From: Marsupella aquatica
Lineage: Eukaryota > Plantae > Marchantiophyta
Assembly: GCA_973895155.1 (NCBI GenBank)
Contig: OZ316892.1
Location: 28,836,932 to 28,900,931 of the forward strand
Direction: 5' to 3'
DNA: 64,000 bases
Shown: positions 12,129-25,682 of the stretch, in pieces
How positions within the stretch are numbered: position 1 is the first letter of the stretch
Layout of the letters: each line of letters begins with the position of its first letter
Translations under genes and position numbers: made by a program
The notes under the pieces: generated by a model
Database searches by the model: none
The model's input: the letters and a program-made list of their open reading frames with translations, nothing else
Told to the model about the DNA's origin: nothing

Positions 12129-15100
12129 ATGTATTGGATGCGCTTTGTAAATAAAATCCTAGTCGCCTCCAGGACTGGACTAGCGTGCCTGATTATTGGA
12201 GCAATGATAACGTATGTTCCTTCAAAACAACTGCTGGATAGAATGCTGGCATTCACCACTTACGCACCAACTATTGCAATAAGTGCTTGTGATGCCACAG
12301 TGGGGAAGGTGATAAGCAACATATGGACAATCATGCAGGTGGCTCTGTTTGTGATGCTAGAAACGATGGTTATACTTCAATTCCTTCCACCTCCGATAAA
12401 TAAGGTCCATATGCTCACCGTCATTTTCATGTCCAGCTTTATAGTTTCACTTCCAAAGCGAGTGACCATAACCGGGAAGAAAGTAGGTCTTGCACAGATC
12501 TGCATGACCTTCATAGCTGCGAATTTGGACCCGCAGCTGGACGTCGTATGGATGCCTCTCAGATTTCTGGCCTCGATTTTTGTTGGAGCTACGGCGGCCA
12601 TGCTAGCGCTACTCATCCCATATCCTCTACTCGCCACAGTGGAGGTAATCAATCTCGCTGATGCCCTTGAATTGTTCCTCTTCGTCTCCTCATCGAATAC
12701 ACCTTCTCATCACCATTAGTCCAGCACTATGTAACAGTGTTCTCTATCATCGACTCTTGTCCTGCCTAACAATGGCTGACACCCTAGCGTACAATGATCA
12801 AGTATCTCGTGCCGAACTTGTCACAATTCCTACAAGATTATAAAGTTAAACCGCCGAATTGTAGTTGTACTTATCCCTTTTTAGTTTGTAATTGCACTTT
12901 CTGTCCCATGTCCTCAAGGACTATTGAACACAAGGTTCATTGTGTCGTTCGCTCATTTGTTCATACCTTGAATCTCTAGGATTTTCGTTCCAAGGGTATC
13001 GGGAATCGACCATCTACGCATCTCCTGGAAAAGAAACTTGAACTTCACCGTTTCTAATAATCTACGGTTCTACATACTACGTCGACGTTGAAACGTATTG
13101 TTCTCGTTCCTGGGATGGATCTCTGCAGAGTGTTTCCGACTTCTCAAGAAAGTTTTAGCTCCCTCTTCCGAAGCACTGCGCTCAAATTAGGATGGCTTCA
13201 TTGCGAGATTTCTGTACCATTTATGATCGATTGAATTTCCTTGGACAGTGACAGGCAAATGACCTCAGTTTCGCTCAAATTATTTGCAGGTAAAGCGACT
13301 GTCGAAAGCTGCTGTGAGCAGTACATCAGACCTGCTCCAAACAGTGGCGAGTGCATTTTGTGCAGCTGACGCGAGCACATCCTACTCCAGATGCCTACAT
13401 TCAAGGGTGCTCAGTCAAGCAGCATCTGACATCCTCGCCGAACTCCGAATAAAGCAGGTGTGATCTGATCACCTTCCTGTCCCATCGCACTTCTTTGCAC
13501 CCTCTTCGAATTCTCTAGCACTGACTCACTACTGCCGCAGCGGTAAGCTCTCTTGTTAAACAGAGGGGGCAAATCGTGAGAGCTTGAAAATTGTGAGATT
13601 TCTATTGGTCTCACCTGCTGTGTGATACAGAATATGACTACAGTATTGTTGCCATATATTACAGAAGGACATTCCGTGGGAGGTGAGGGCTTGTGGGAGA
13701 ATACGTCGTTTTGCAAATTTGACGAAAGGTTTGGAAAAGCTCCATCTACATCTTGCAGGTATGGAATTGGCTCTCAAATCTCACTACTTGTTGCAATCGT
13801 CCCACATCCTTCGAAACACGCTAGAAATGCCTCTCATGAGAGTTGTCCAAACGAGTATGGCTTTGCTAAACAGCTTCGGAGAGGTGCACTTGTGCTCCTC
13901 CGAAGTCATCGATTGCAAGGGGCTCGTCAAAGAGGGCAAAGAAGCCTTGGCTTTGTTTGATGAAGCTCTCTTCGTTGCGAGGACCAAGGCCTTCTACTCA
14001 GAGAAAGTAAGAGAGCCGCCTATAACGATAGGCCCGCTGACCACCAAACGAAGCATGGAGAAGTTCTCCCTGGATGAACTTCTCAAACTTCCCACCATTG
14101 AAGCGATTAGAGGCTTTAACGGCCTCAATGCCCTTGAAGGGTCCACCATTGAAGTGCCCGACGACATAATCTCACCCACTAAGAGGGCATTCATGTCTAG
14201 AGTGACAACTTATTTCTTCCTCTTCAGCTTGAGGCTCTACGTTGAAGGGGCTATGACGTTAGTGGATGCCGATTGGAAAACTCCTCTCATGACAACAGAC
14301 ATAGGTTCAGATCAAGACTGGAGGCCTGGGCTTGAACCCCTCATGACAGATATAGAGACTGGTCCAGCTACTGAGGAGTCCAATCAGACCGGCCCCCTTG
14401 ACAAAGCAAATAATGCCAGTGAACCGCATCAATTACCCCCTCCATATCCCCTTCCTGGCCAATGCATCCAATGTGCTGTACCGACATTAACAGTACCGGA
14501 AGTGAACAAAGAATGTGTGTGGAAATTCTTGAAGAGAAATCATCCCACCAGGGGTCAGATACGCAAGGCGTTGAAAATCTCCCTCGCCATGATGCTGGCC
14601 ACGATTTTCGGCATGCTAGCCCTTCCAAATGACAGCCACTGCGCATGGGCGCCCGTGACGGTGGCCATCTTTCTTGGCAACCATCAGGGTGGCTCCTTCC
14701 GGTTGGCAATCCTGCGTATACAAGGGACCGTTCTTGGATCCATTTTTGGGTATCTTGTGGTCAGAACCACACAGAATGGCTATTTGCTTTTGTTCGCGCT
14801 TACAATTTGGGTAACTGCGTCCGACTTCATTCGTTCTAGCAAGATCCATGGATACTCAGGGATAGTGTCAGCACAGACAGCAGCCACCATGATTTTGGGT
14901 GATTTTCCCAAGGAGATCAAATTATTTGCAATGGACCGTGTGACGGAAACCTTTGTGGGCGTAATGTGCTTCGTGTTTGTGGAGACAGTCCTCTTTCCAG
15001 AGAGGGCAGTCATTCTAGCTAAGAGGGAGCTGATGTCCAGCTTGCAAGGTTTGAGGAACTGCGTTGCGAGTGTTTGCACTGCATACGCGGGGAGAAAGTG

Positions 15101-15884
15101 TGAAAGCTGCCGTCGTCACGCAATTGACGAGATCATGAAGATTGAGCAGGGCTTGAGGACCAGTTTTGACAGGCAATCCATGTTGTGCGCTGAGGCAGTG
15201 GCTGAGCCGGATCTCTGGTTCGTGCCATTTCCCGGGGACGTGTTCGCTCGGCTAATTGCCGTGCAAGAACGTATGTTGAACCCTTTGTGTTTTATGAGAT
15301 TTTCCCTACAAGCCACTGTGGAGGAGAATCTAGATGAGCACATGCAAACTTTGTTGAAACCACTCCTGGCGTCTCTGCTGGACTTGGAAAAACAGGTGGT
15401 GTCGGCCATAGATTTCCTCCAGACTCTTTTCATTGTGCCCGGGCTTTTGACCCCAATGGAGAGAATTGTCAAATGGTTTGTCCCTCCCGGCTGGATGTCT
15501 AAGCGGTCGAAGGAAAAGGTCGCAGAGAGGAAAGCTGCCTTGTCTCGGAAGATAAACACTCCACTACAGTTGCTTGGAAATCGTAGACGGTCTGTGGCTG
15601 GGACGCCTCTGCATCTCAAAGCCTCCCAGAAACACTTTGAAAAGGACTTTGAGATTATGTTGGATGATATTGTGCAGAAGAGTAAGGCAGGCCAAATTAT
15701 TGTGAGCAACTCCGTGATGTTGTCGCTCAGCTCCCTCAGCTTTTGCCTGCATGAAATCATGAAGGAAACGGTTGAATTGGAGAAGACCGTATACGAGCTG
15801 TTACAGGCAGAAAGGCCTTGGAGTGTTCTCGACCAGTGGGACAATGATATTCCCAGCAAAGCAACGTGGCAACAACAACAGTAA
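12129..15884 (+). CDS. FUSC/aromatic acid exporter (ALMT-superfamily-like) membrane protein, At2g28780-like; exons 12129-12644, 13290-13457, 13665-15884
   Basis: Two hydrophobic helix bundles with motifs ALLIPYPLLA, WAPVTVA...GGSFRLAILRIQGTVLGSIFG, GYSGIVSA, RVTETFVG, LFPERA and EPDLWFVPF. Both introns are GT-AG, phase 0. The start codon is uncertain. Confidence 0.85.
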
Positions 15885-17375
15885 CAGAACCACCGAAAGC
15901 AGAATTAGCCACAACAACCAGAAAAATGATCCACTAAGCTAACAACACCATGATTGAACGATGCTCAGGTGCTCTTACCGAACTTGTGTCAAGCATTATC
16001 ATCGTCCCAACTTCTGATGTTGCGGACACTGCGCCTGGCCCAAAATTGGACTTCAATTGTCCCAGCTGATCAGGACGGTGCAGCATGGACACGTGAACTC
16101 CATATCTCACTGACCTCTTTAGAGTATGTGGTACATTTCGCTCCCCCACACCCTTCCCTTATTGCGTCAAGCTCTACTCACCGGGAAGGTGGCCAGGTGG
16201 ATTTCTTCAAATTTAAGAGGAGCTGGGGGGGGGGTGGTGGGGGTTGGGGGAGGGTGTTCGTAGAAGCACAGGAACAGATGAGAATGTGTGGAAAGCATTC
16301 GACTAAGGTAGGTTTGTCTCACATTGGACAAGTGCTGGTTGTTTAGGGATGACACGCTGAAAGTTTTGTGGTGCTGAGGATAAATCCATGATCATATTGC
16401 GTCAACTTATAGTTAGACATAAAGGAAAGTCCCCGCCGCGCGCACGCGCACCCCCCCCCCCCCCCCAACCCCTCTTAAGCTGAACGTGCTTCAGGAAGAG
16501 ATAAAATCTTAATGAATTGCTTAGATAAGATCTGCACCTTTACCAAGTCGATCAACCTTGATTCGATCACAGCTTTCACCCACTGAGGATAGAATGTCCT
16601 GGTCTTAAGAGTCAATATAGTACAAACAGAACTCTTTGTGTATTGTGTAGAAGCATGGTATGCGATGTCTACTTGCCATGCGAAGTTTATCAAGTGAAAT
16701 CCTCGGATCCTCTCGACCATTTGAATTAAACTGCAAGGAAGCTACACAATCAAAGTGAAAACTCAGACAACTGCTAGATGCATAGACTGCAAATTATGAC
16801 AGAATCGAAACAATGACAAGTTTCTGATAAAGAACACAGGGTACACGAGTAGACATTGTCAACAACATTGATTTGGTACAAGTCTAAAGACTTTTGACAA
16901 CGAAAGGCAGGCTCCACGAATGGGAACTGTCGAGATCTTGAAGATGAAATTAAATACTCACGAATTCTTCAAATGTGAAACGCCGGATAAATGTATGACT
17001 AGTATTTTGCTTTAGGGTCGACTTGTCCAAGACCACACATCAGAAAAAGCCATGCCTGTAAGTACCTTTGAAAGTCGAATAAATAGCCCTAGTGTAATCC
17101 CTAAGGAGAACAAACTGTACACCTCCATGACTGATTGGTACGTAGGTCCTCATAAAGATCTCTCCTCATTTGATTACTTGATAACTCATGACACCCCGTT
17201 GTGGAGGTTGGTGCAGGTAGTCTGAAAGATTTGGGTGGGGCCTCAGGGGCTACTGTGAGTAAATGGCTTTCAACAAAGCCCACTCAGTTGGCCTTAGTCA
17301 TTCCAGGTATTCTCTTGATCCCCACTTTCTCCTTAAGTGAACTCGATAATATAGATTTCTCCATGCATGATGACC

Positions 17376-19298
17376 TCAATTTCGGGGGACATATCGGACA
17401 TTATTGTATTCACAAATAGCCTGCACCAGCCACAAAAAAACCAGCACCAGTATTACATATAGCAACATTCCTTATTCGAGCTAAACAAAGAACCTATAGG
17501 AAATGACCGACTTCTCCCATTAAATGACGTGGATGACCATGAAATGAAGGGCAGGAGAGTCAACAAACCTGCATCTCCTCAGGAAGCACACCAGTTACAG
17601 AAAGGGCGTAACACCCTGGCGCACACTTGCCTATATGGAAGATAAAAGGACAAAGTTAGTTTTCACTAGTTATGGCGCAGGCAACGAACAACTTGCAACC
17701 AATGCATACTCTACTTTTCATGAATTGGGAGTTGAAGAGCAGTTTTCAAATCCTCTTAGAACAGAAGGAGAATTAAATGAAAAACAGACGCCAATATCTC
17801 ATGTTGATCGGTTGTTGGGATGCCCAGATAAATCCTATTCATGGTTTGATGAAGACTTTTATTGACAATGACCTAATGGATCTACACAAACAGTCCTCAG
17901 TAAGGCTGAACACTCTTGGATATTTCCATTGCCCTGCTCTAGTTCTTCAATCTAGATAACACAGCTCCAAAGAAACCCAACCAAGAACAGATGACCATAA
18001 AGTCCAGTGTTTACTTATTCTCTGCCATCGTGCTGCCCAGCTACCGGTCGGCTCCATCGATGCAATTATCCTGCACAATTATGTATCGCTCTCAGGGTCT
18101 TGATCCAAGAAGGGGCCAATGATGCAAACCTAAGTCAAGAGGAACAGAGATGCTAATTGTATTGTCTACGAGGATTCGACTCAGAATTGGAAAACTGAGA
18201 TTGCCCTAAGCAGTTTATTACTCTGATCAACTAGGTGGAAATAAAAACAAACAAAGACAAAGACAAAGACAAAGACAAAGAACACAGAATGCCTTCCGCA
18301 TTGTGAATCTTGCACTGTTGTTAAGGTTCCTTGTCTGCCAGATCCTTATGACAAAGACCTCTCGATTTCAGGGGCGGAGTATTGTGCATGATGCTTCAGG
18401 AAACTCTGAAAAGAGGAAGAACGGCAAAACCCCAAACAATGTATGCCAGAGGCAAGAAGAAGGGCCAAGAAGACATACCCTGAAAATTCGGGTGTTGTGC
18501 ACTCGAGTACTCGATCATTATCCTGGTCCATGTTAAAAAATGGACAGTTTTCGCATCCAGCATCAGTGAACTGCACATGCATACGAACGTTCATGAGCTT
18601 AAGCAACTTGCAGATCCGCATCACGACAGACTATCCCACGGATTGGGTTGAATTAGGTTTACTTGATGGGCTTAAATAATCCTAATTCCGCGAGACATTT
18701 TCAGTTTGATTCGAAATCCCGAATAGGTGGAAGGAAGCCTCCTAACCGTAGATGGGTCATGGAAGAGGACACACGTAAACAAAGCTGGACAGCAAAGACA
18801 AGCTGACAAAGCCTTTCGCTTCCGACAACATGTTGGAAGCGTTGAAACTCTCAGTTAAATTCGCAATCACCCAAAACTGATACGAAACATTCTAAACCAC
18901 AAATGCATAATAGGCGAAGACAACAAGGTACAAGAGTTCCACTATTGTACAATTTCTAAGTTCATTAATCATACATTCTGAACAGCCATAAAGTCATGGA
19001 GGACCCTCGAAATGATAAACCCCAAACCCAAAGATTCATGGCTGATCGTGTCACTGTAGATAATCTGTGTCATTGTCCACTTGGCCGTTTGGCTCTCCAT
19101 TCATCGGCAAACTCAACCTGAGAATCTCGAAAGACACAGAAAAGATCGAACGAACTTAGGAAACATCAGGTAGAGTTGCAACCAACAGCGAAGAGACAGA
19201 AACGGCACCTGACTATACGTTTTGACGAGGCTGCAGCGTAGGCATGCACGGAGCTCCTTGCCGAAGCTGGTGGGAATTTGTGCATTGTGGCTTCCCAT
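17376..19298 (-). CDS. SPT4: Transcription elongation factor SPT4; exons 19298-19209, 18570-18479, 18070-18015, 17630-17569, 17420-17376
   Basis: Spliced product MGSHNAQIPTSFGKELRACLRCSLVKTYSQFTDAGCENCPFF...CTTPEFSGIIASMEPTGSWAARWQRISKCAPGCYALSVTGVLPEEMQAICEYNNVRYVPRN. Introns are GT-AG with consistent phases. Confidence 0.95.
18250..18281. repeat. (CAAAGA)n microsatellite in SPT4 intron 2
   Basis: About five consecutive caaaga units. Confidence 0.85.
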
Positions 19299-19636
19299 TT
19301 GTGCACCGTAGTCCAAAAATAAATTCAGCTCTCCTCTGCTGGTGAGGGCTCCCCTTGCAATAGTGTTGACCGTCCGTCCGTAGGAAGTAAACGCACGGGA
19401 CAGGGCAAGAAACTGGGCGGGATTCTTAAATTTTGTCAGTTGCCTGTTGAACCACGACAACCGGGAGTTCCGATTGCAGCAGAGCCATTCAAATACGTCA
19501 AATTGAAAGATCACTGGATGCTCGCAAAGCCCGTGCTCTGTAAAGCTAAGATTTCTGTGCTGAGTGTCGACCAAAGGCTGAAACCTAATGTAGTAGCAAG
19601 AACGAAACCGAGACAGTGTGTGAGCAGATCGAGCTG

Positions 19637-19745
19637 AGATTTCTTTGCAGGAGCTCGAGAAAACGCTTCGACTTTGTTGCGAACTACGTGAACAGATTTG
19701 TTTGCGGCAGCTCGAGAAAACGCTTCGACCTGATTGCTAAGAACT
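19637..19745. repeat. ~57-bp tandem duplication upstream of SPT4
   Basis: 'agatttntttgc.g.agctcgagaaaacgcttcgac' occurs twice. Confidence 0.75.
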
Positions 19746-22507
19746 TGAACGAGATAGTGTTACTTCAAAGAGTTCGGATTGCCACGCGAAGCCTGAACCC
19801 AATGCTTCTACCTACTATTGGACCCTGTAATTGCAGACGAATAGTCTAATGCCTTTTAATTACATTGCCATTAAGGATGTTCTAATTTACAAAATATCAT
19901 TCTTTTTATGATATTTATAAATAAAAATACTAGAGTTTTTCTTAATTCACATCCTTGTTATTTGGTCAAACTTGTCATCTTTATTTTTAAAAAATGGCAT
20001 ATTTATAAATTAAACAAAAAACATGGCACTATTATCAATTTGAACATTTTTAGGGGCAAAGTAATTAAAAGTTGTAGTCTAATGAAAGCACTCCAAAAGA
20101 CTGATGGAAGGAGAGCTCTCTGGCAATGAGAATAATGCTCTTGCACCAACAGAACACTGCAGCTTGTTATAGGTGCACTAGCCCAATGCCCTGTGGTACA
20201 CATAGGCCAGAAAATGTGAGTGAGGCAAGAAAATGCTAGTAGGGCAGGGTGAGACAAGGAAATGCAAATGAGGGAAAGAAATGTGAGTAGCACAAAGAAA
20301 TGCAAAGTGACAAAAACAATGAAAAGGAGACGTAGAAATGCAAGTGATACAAGGAAGCTGTTTAGGCATGTAACAAGTCATAGCGGCCAAGTTGTTGTCA
20401 TTGTCATGAGGTCGTTGAGGATGCGATCATTGCTGCCATATTATTGTTATTGTAAACAACCGTCGGCTCCAAACTAGACAACAATGCGAAAACATGAGAG
20501 ACACTTAATCAGACGCTACACCGACAAGACACCCCGAGTGGAGAAACTCCTGAAGGCTCCATAGCAAATGAGAGTACATGTGAAGAATGAGGGAGAGAGT
20601 GCTTCCCTCCAGCCTATACCCCCCAAGGGCGCCAAGGTGAGTGGGCCTAAACTAAGTGGATCTTATCCTAATGTAATCCAGGGTTAACAAACCCTAGTAA
20701 GGCCAAACTAACTAAGTCGGGAACTCGAGTCAATTCCTAACAATCCCCACCTTGACTCAAGTTCACACAATGAGTCAGGTGATATACAATATGTAACTAA
20801 GTAACATATCTACATAGTCTCCGGTTTGGCCATAACATTAATAATATCCACACAATGACTAAAGCTACTGGTAGGTAAAATTTTGGTAAGCATGTCTGCC
20901 GCATTCACCTCTAAAGCCACCTTCTCCAGAAACATTTGCTTCATCTCAATCACCTCACGGATGAAGTGATAACGAATATCAATGTGCTTTGTCTTGGCAT
21001 GGAACACAGGGTTCTTAGCTAGATGCAAAGCACTTTGACTGTCACACAGCAGCACCGGTCTTTCAGGTGTAAGACCCAGATCACTCACTAATCTTTGTAG
21101 CCAAATCAGCTCCTTGGTTGCCTCACAGGCAGCCATTTATTCAGCCTCAGTAGTAGACAACGCAACATAGGATTGGGTTGCCGACTTCCAACTGATACAA
21201 CCTCCACCTAGCATAAACACATAGCCTGTAGTAGACTTCTTGTTATCCAAGTTACCAGCATAATCTGAATCTACAAAACCTTCCAACTACAGTGTAGAGT
21301 TTGCTTTATCGTCAAATAAGATCCCACAATCTAAGGTACCTTTCAGATATCGCAAAACCCACTTCACTGCTTCCCAGTGAAGCTTACTAGGATTTGCCAT
21401 AAATCCGTTCAAAATGCTAACAGTGTGGGCAATGTTAGGTCTAGTGCATGTCATTGCATACATCAAACTACCCACAACACTATCATAGGGAACATGTTTC
21501 ATCGCCAGTCTATCACTCTCACTAGAAGGGCAATCATTCTTTGAGAGTTTAAAGTGGGAAGCCAATGGAGTACCAACTGATTTTGCATTCTCCATTCCAT
21601 ACTTGGCAAGTACCTTCTCCAAATGCTGCCTCTGGGACAACCATAATTGCCTCTGCTCCTTGTCACGATAAATCTCCATCCCTAGTATCTTCTTGGCCTG
21701 ACCCAAGTCCTTCATTGAAAACTCCTTACTCAACATTGCTTTCAGATGAGCAACATCAGACTTATTCTCAGCCAGGATGAGCATGTCATCCACATACAAT
21801 GTTAGCACAATGTAACCAAAGCGTGAGTAATTCTCCACCTCCTTCATGTAAATACAACAATCATGTTCACTCCGTGTGAACCCCTAAGACAACATGAAGG
21901 AATCAAAATGCTTATTCCACTGTCTGGGACTTGCTTCAATCCGTATAACGAGCGCAAGAGCTTACACACCAAGTGTCTGGTCTTCTCGTCAATAAAACCT
22001 GGAGGCTGAGTCATATAAATCTCCACATCAAGCAATCAATGCAGGAAAGCAGTAATTACATTTATCTGATCTAACTCAAGATCATAGAATGCCACAATCG
22101 CAAGTAAAACACAGATAGTAGCGAGTTTGACAACAGGTGAGAAAATCTTCGTGTAGTCCAAGCCCTCCTTCTGGGTGTACCCTTTGGCCACAAGGCATGC
22201 CGTGTAAGTGTCATCCTGCTTCTTCTTGTACAACCATCTACACAGAACCAGTGTCTTCCTGCGAGGCATGTCAGTTAAGCGCCAAGTTGAATTATTTTTC
22301 AAAGAATTTATCTCCTTCAACATCGCCTCCATCCACTTATCCTTCTCTGGAGAGGCCATAGCTTCTTCATAGCTAGAGGGGTCTCCATCTTCAGTGAGCA
22401 AAACAACACCAGGATCATCGTCATGCTCAACAACGAGAATACGAGGATCTGCAAAACCAAATCTATTAGGGGGTTGGCCAAAATTGGCCCTCGTGGAGCA
22501 CTGGAGA

Positions 22508-22891
22508 AAATGCATAAATCAAATTGATTCTATTATTTTATATTATTTATAGGAGAGACTATTAAATTCATGTTTATTTTTCCAAAATAGAATGAGCTAG
22601 TATTTTTCTTATTCGAGAGAGACGATGAGCTGCAATAGATATCTAGATATATCTATATATATAGATATATAATTTATAGGTCAGGGGAGGAGATAGCCTT
22701 GACCTCTAACCTTTGAAGATACTAAGGACCTGGATGTTCCCTTACCACGCTCTTGAGATCTGTTACATAGGCCTCTAGTTTTCCCTTGGGAATGCTCAGA
22801 GACTTTGTGGAAGTGACATAGGAACTTCGGGTGAGGATCATGGCACTTCTACTAGAACCTTAGGTATGCTTTCGCTAGGAGCTCAAACTGG
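22508..22891. mobile_element. 384-bp unclassified insertion in the copia integrase-RT linker
   Basis: Partly AT-rich non-copia sequence bounded by an 8-bp direct repeat ACTGGAGA (22500-22507, 22892-22899). No terminal inverted repeat is visible. Confidence 0.55.
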
Positions 22892-25682
22892 ACTGGAGAT
22901 GGGAAGCATAGATCGGGGTGAGGAACTGCACCTCTACCAGAGGGACCAACAGCTTCCTCATCACCACCAAGCTCCACCATAGTGGGTTTCTCCACCTGTT
23001 CTTCCTGAATATCCTGGGGTCTTAACAACCATTCTTCGTCAAAAACAACATTTCTACTCACAATTGTCTTGCAATCGACAGGATCCCACAATTTATAGCC
23101 CTTCTGCCCAGGACTAAAGCCTAGACAAATACATTTCTTAGACTTGGGATCCAACTTAGACCTGTGTGTCTGCTCAATGTGAACATAGGCAGCACAACCA
23201 AAAACTCGGAGTCTAGAGTAATCAACAGGTCTCTTATACCACAACTCAAATGGAGTCTGCATCAACTTACTACTGTGCGGTGACAGATTATAGACGTATG
23301 CAGCTTGGTTGACAGCTTCAGCCCAAAAGTTGTTGGGCAACTTGGACTTACATAGCATGCTGTGTGCTTTCTCCAATAATGTCCGATTCAAACATTCTGC
23401 AACTCCATTCTGTTGCGGGGTCTCCGGTATAGTGTAATGACACTTGAGGCCAAGGTCCCGACCAAATTGGTCAAACTCATTAGACTTATACTCACCACCG
23501 TTATCTGACCGAACACACTTCAACTCCTTCCCAATTTGTAGCTCCACCATGGCTTTCCACTCCTTGAAGATCTCAAATACTTGAGATTTTTCCTTCATGT
23601 AGTACAGCCAACACATTCGAGAGTAATCATCTACAAACATCACAAAATATCTGGCTTCATCCAACGATGGTTCCGGCGCTGGACCCCAAACATCCGAATG
23701 TACATACTCAAGAATCTCATGAGAATGGTAGAACTAGAACTGAAACTCACTCTCCTCTGCTTGCCAAAGATGCAATCTTCACAGAAAGGTAGTTTACCAG
23801 ATTGAGCACCTTGCAACAAATCTTTGTTTGCCAAAGCTGTCAATCCTTTACCACTCAAGTTCCCCAACCGTGCATGCCTCAAATCTATGGCTTGTGTGCG
23901 ACTGGATGTTGAGGGTGCTTCAATTGAAGCAGCCATAGATGACTTCGTGGCAGATGTTGTCACTGCATTCGAACGTTCCACCACAGAATCCACATGCTCC
24001 ACTTTAGGAGCAATGACATCTCCTTCCAAGATGTATAAATTATTCTGCCGTAGCGCCTTAATCAAAGATACATCATCTTTGACGACAAAGAGCGCACCAT
24101 CACGTGCAGTGAAATGAGATCCACCAACTTCCAAAGCACCAAGAGAAATCAAGTTCTTAGAGATGTTTGGTATGTGTCTGACTCCCGTCAGTGCTCGCAC
24201 AACACCATCAAACATCCGAAATTTGATAGTCCCCATGCCAACAATCGTACATCGGACTCCATTTCCAATTTCCACAGTACCGGTACAAGGTTGGTAAGTG
24301 GAGAAATATGATTGCATTGAACACACGTGATAAGAGAAACCCAATATCCATTTATTGTTATACACATAATTCACAACACCAATACACAGCACTTTAGCAG
24401 CATCCTCATTATCAGCAATCACAATACCAGTTGACAATGAGGATGCACCATTGGAAGTAGGATGCTTCTGCTTCGATAGAGAAGGACAATTCCACTTGGT
24501 GTGGCCCTTCTCATGGCAATGCCAATACTAAACTTTCTTACTACGGGACTTAGATTTAGATCTACTTTGTGATTTAGATCTAGACTGATTCGTAGTACGC
24601 TCCGTCGATCTGCCTCTAACCACTAAGGCAGCAGATTCATTATCACGGCCAGAAAGTTGTCGCTTGCCCCATTCTGCAAGAACGGTAGCCTTCACCTCAT
24701 CCAGCTTCAACTTAGAATTATCATGTGTGATGACCGTCACCAATGTTGAATAGCTCTGAGGAAGCGACATCAACAAATGCATCGCAAGATACTCATCGGT
24801 CAACTTGTCTCCTGCCGTGACCACCTCATGCACAATCTCATTGAAGAGACTGAGGTGATCACACATGTTGCCACCATCCTTCAACTTCAACCTGAATAGC
24901 CGCTCCAAGTGATAAATGTGAGTAGTCAATGAAGTATTCTGGTAGAGTTGAGTAAGCATATCCTAGATCTTCTTGGCGTTACAATCCATTCCCAACACGT
25001 TCTTGAGAATGTTGTTTGCCAAGAACAACTCAATTGTGCTACACGCCTGCACCGACATGTCCTCCCACTCCTCATTTGTTAGATTCGAGGGTTTCACTCC
25101 AGTGAGGGTCTTCTCAAGACCCTGCTGGATCAACACATTGGTCACCTTCCGAGTCCAAATGCTAAAAGCTGACCTTCCCGTCAAACTTCTCCACCTCAAA
25201 CTTTGGCGCCGTAAGCTTTCTTGAAGTCATTGATGCTGTCACAAACACACAGGAAATACACAACCGAAATACCTCCACCCAAAAATTCACCAAAAAATGA
25301 AAGTTGGCGAAAGTGGAAATGGAATGCACCGCCGCGTAGCCTGCAAGGTACACTGCCAAGATCTGAAAATGATTAGGCAAAAAACTTCTTCAGCGAAAAC
25401 TTATTCAACCTGGACCGGAGGGGGGTCAAAATGGCCGTTGTTACTCCCATTGGGTATCTTAGGTCTTGAAAATTTTTTGCAATAGCAACGCACGAATCAA
25501 ATTCACTAGCCCGTGCTCAACTCCCTTGAATATCCCCTTGCAAAGTCTCACAAAAAAATTCTGCCTCGACGACCGCCGAATTTGAAAATTTCGGCCAAAA
25601 ATCAGCTCTATGGAAAAGTATATTTTCCAAGGAATCAAAGTACAGTCAAAATGTACAGTAGAAAGAACATGGAGCTGACACT

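Noticed and set aside
15116-15859. 247-aa antisense ORF
   Set aside because: A shadow of the FUSC-like coding exon, with no independent signal.
4854-15884. APS plus exporter as a functional sulfur gene cluster
   Set aside because: Adjacency alone is not evidence, and no shared regulatory motif or further pathway gene was seen.
16475-17283. Minus-strand ORFs and splice-like signals downstream of SPT4 as another gene
   Set aside because: The peptides are unrecognisable and could equally be SPT4 3' UTR; not supportable from sequence alone.
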